From Botryllus schlosseri (taxonomy: Eukaryota): a DNA stretch of 64,000 nucleotides. Location: assembly GCA_051294905.1 (NCBI GenBank), contig CM119386.1, forward strand, positions 13,764,001 to 13,828,000. The letters run 5' to 3'. Shown here one piece after another: positions 63,788 through 64,000 of the stretch (positions within the stretch are counted from its first letter, which is position 1; each line of letters begins with the position of its first letter). Both the position numbers and the translations under genes were made by a program. Below the pieces are notes generated by a model. That model saw only the letters and a list, made by a program, of their open reading frames with translations. It did no database searches and was not told the DNA's origin.

Positions 63788-64000
63788 CTAGAAAATTTTC
63801 AGCTTCACCAAAATTTGATTAGAATTACAGCTACTCAATATTTTTCCAAATTAGAATCACTAGTTTTTTTTTAAAATTGTATTAGGACTAGAGTTATAGC
63901 TACTTGGTATTTTTCCGAATTAGACTAGAATTTGAAGTGTAACTACAGTTTATTTAAATAACATTGGAATTAGAATTATAGTTACAGTTTTTCCAAATTA
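63788..64000 (-). repeat. AATTAG/AATTGG-rich repeat with fixed CTAG terminus (Helitron-like); copies ~31140-31259, ~44250-44376, ~47387-47515, ~54429-54540
   Basis: Five copies stop at the same ...gctgaaaattttCTAG-like end; 3 of 5 are followed by T. Confidence 0.4.

Overview
Eukaryotic, AT-rich, intron-rich animal genomic DNA. Protein divergence, many ~60-bp introns and a dense MITE load suggest an invertebrate chordate such as an ascidian; this is inference only. Two + strand genes were reconstructed exon by exon with consistent phases and canonical GT-AG introns. The first is the 3' part of an FBXO32/FBXO25 (atrogin-1-like) F-box gene (6 coding exons, 1800-4678). The second is WDFY3/ALFY (49 coding exons, from ATG 14482 into the PH domain at 63757, continuing past the window). 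Introns and the intergenic gap hold hAT-type MITEs with 8-bp TSDs (including a multi-level nest at 6.5-13 kb), a tRNA-derived SINE, CR1/L2-group LINE fragments and a near-perfect 617-bp foldback. The most interesting signal is a dispersed ~150-200-bp repeat family carrying a minimal type I hammerhead ribozyme (ACCC-CUGACGAG-UGUCAGC-CGAAA-AUAU-UC-GGGU) of the Penelope/retrozyme kind. One copy is intact, antisense to the host gene; all sense copies are damaged. Also notable are a candidate alternative first or cassette exon preceded by a CpG-rich, repeat-poor block in the largest WDFY3 intron, predicting a short BEACH-end isoform, and an incomplete TPP-aptamer-like motif cluster upstream of the WDFY3 ATG.
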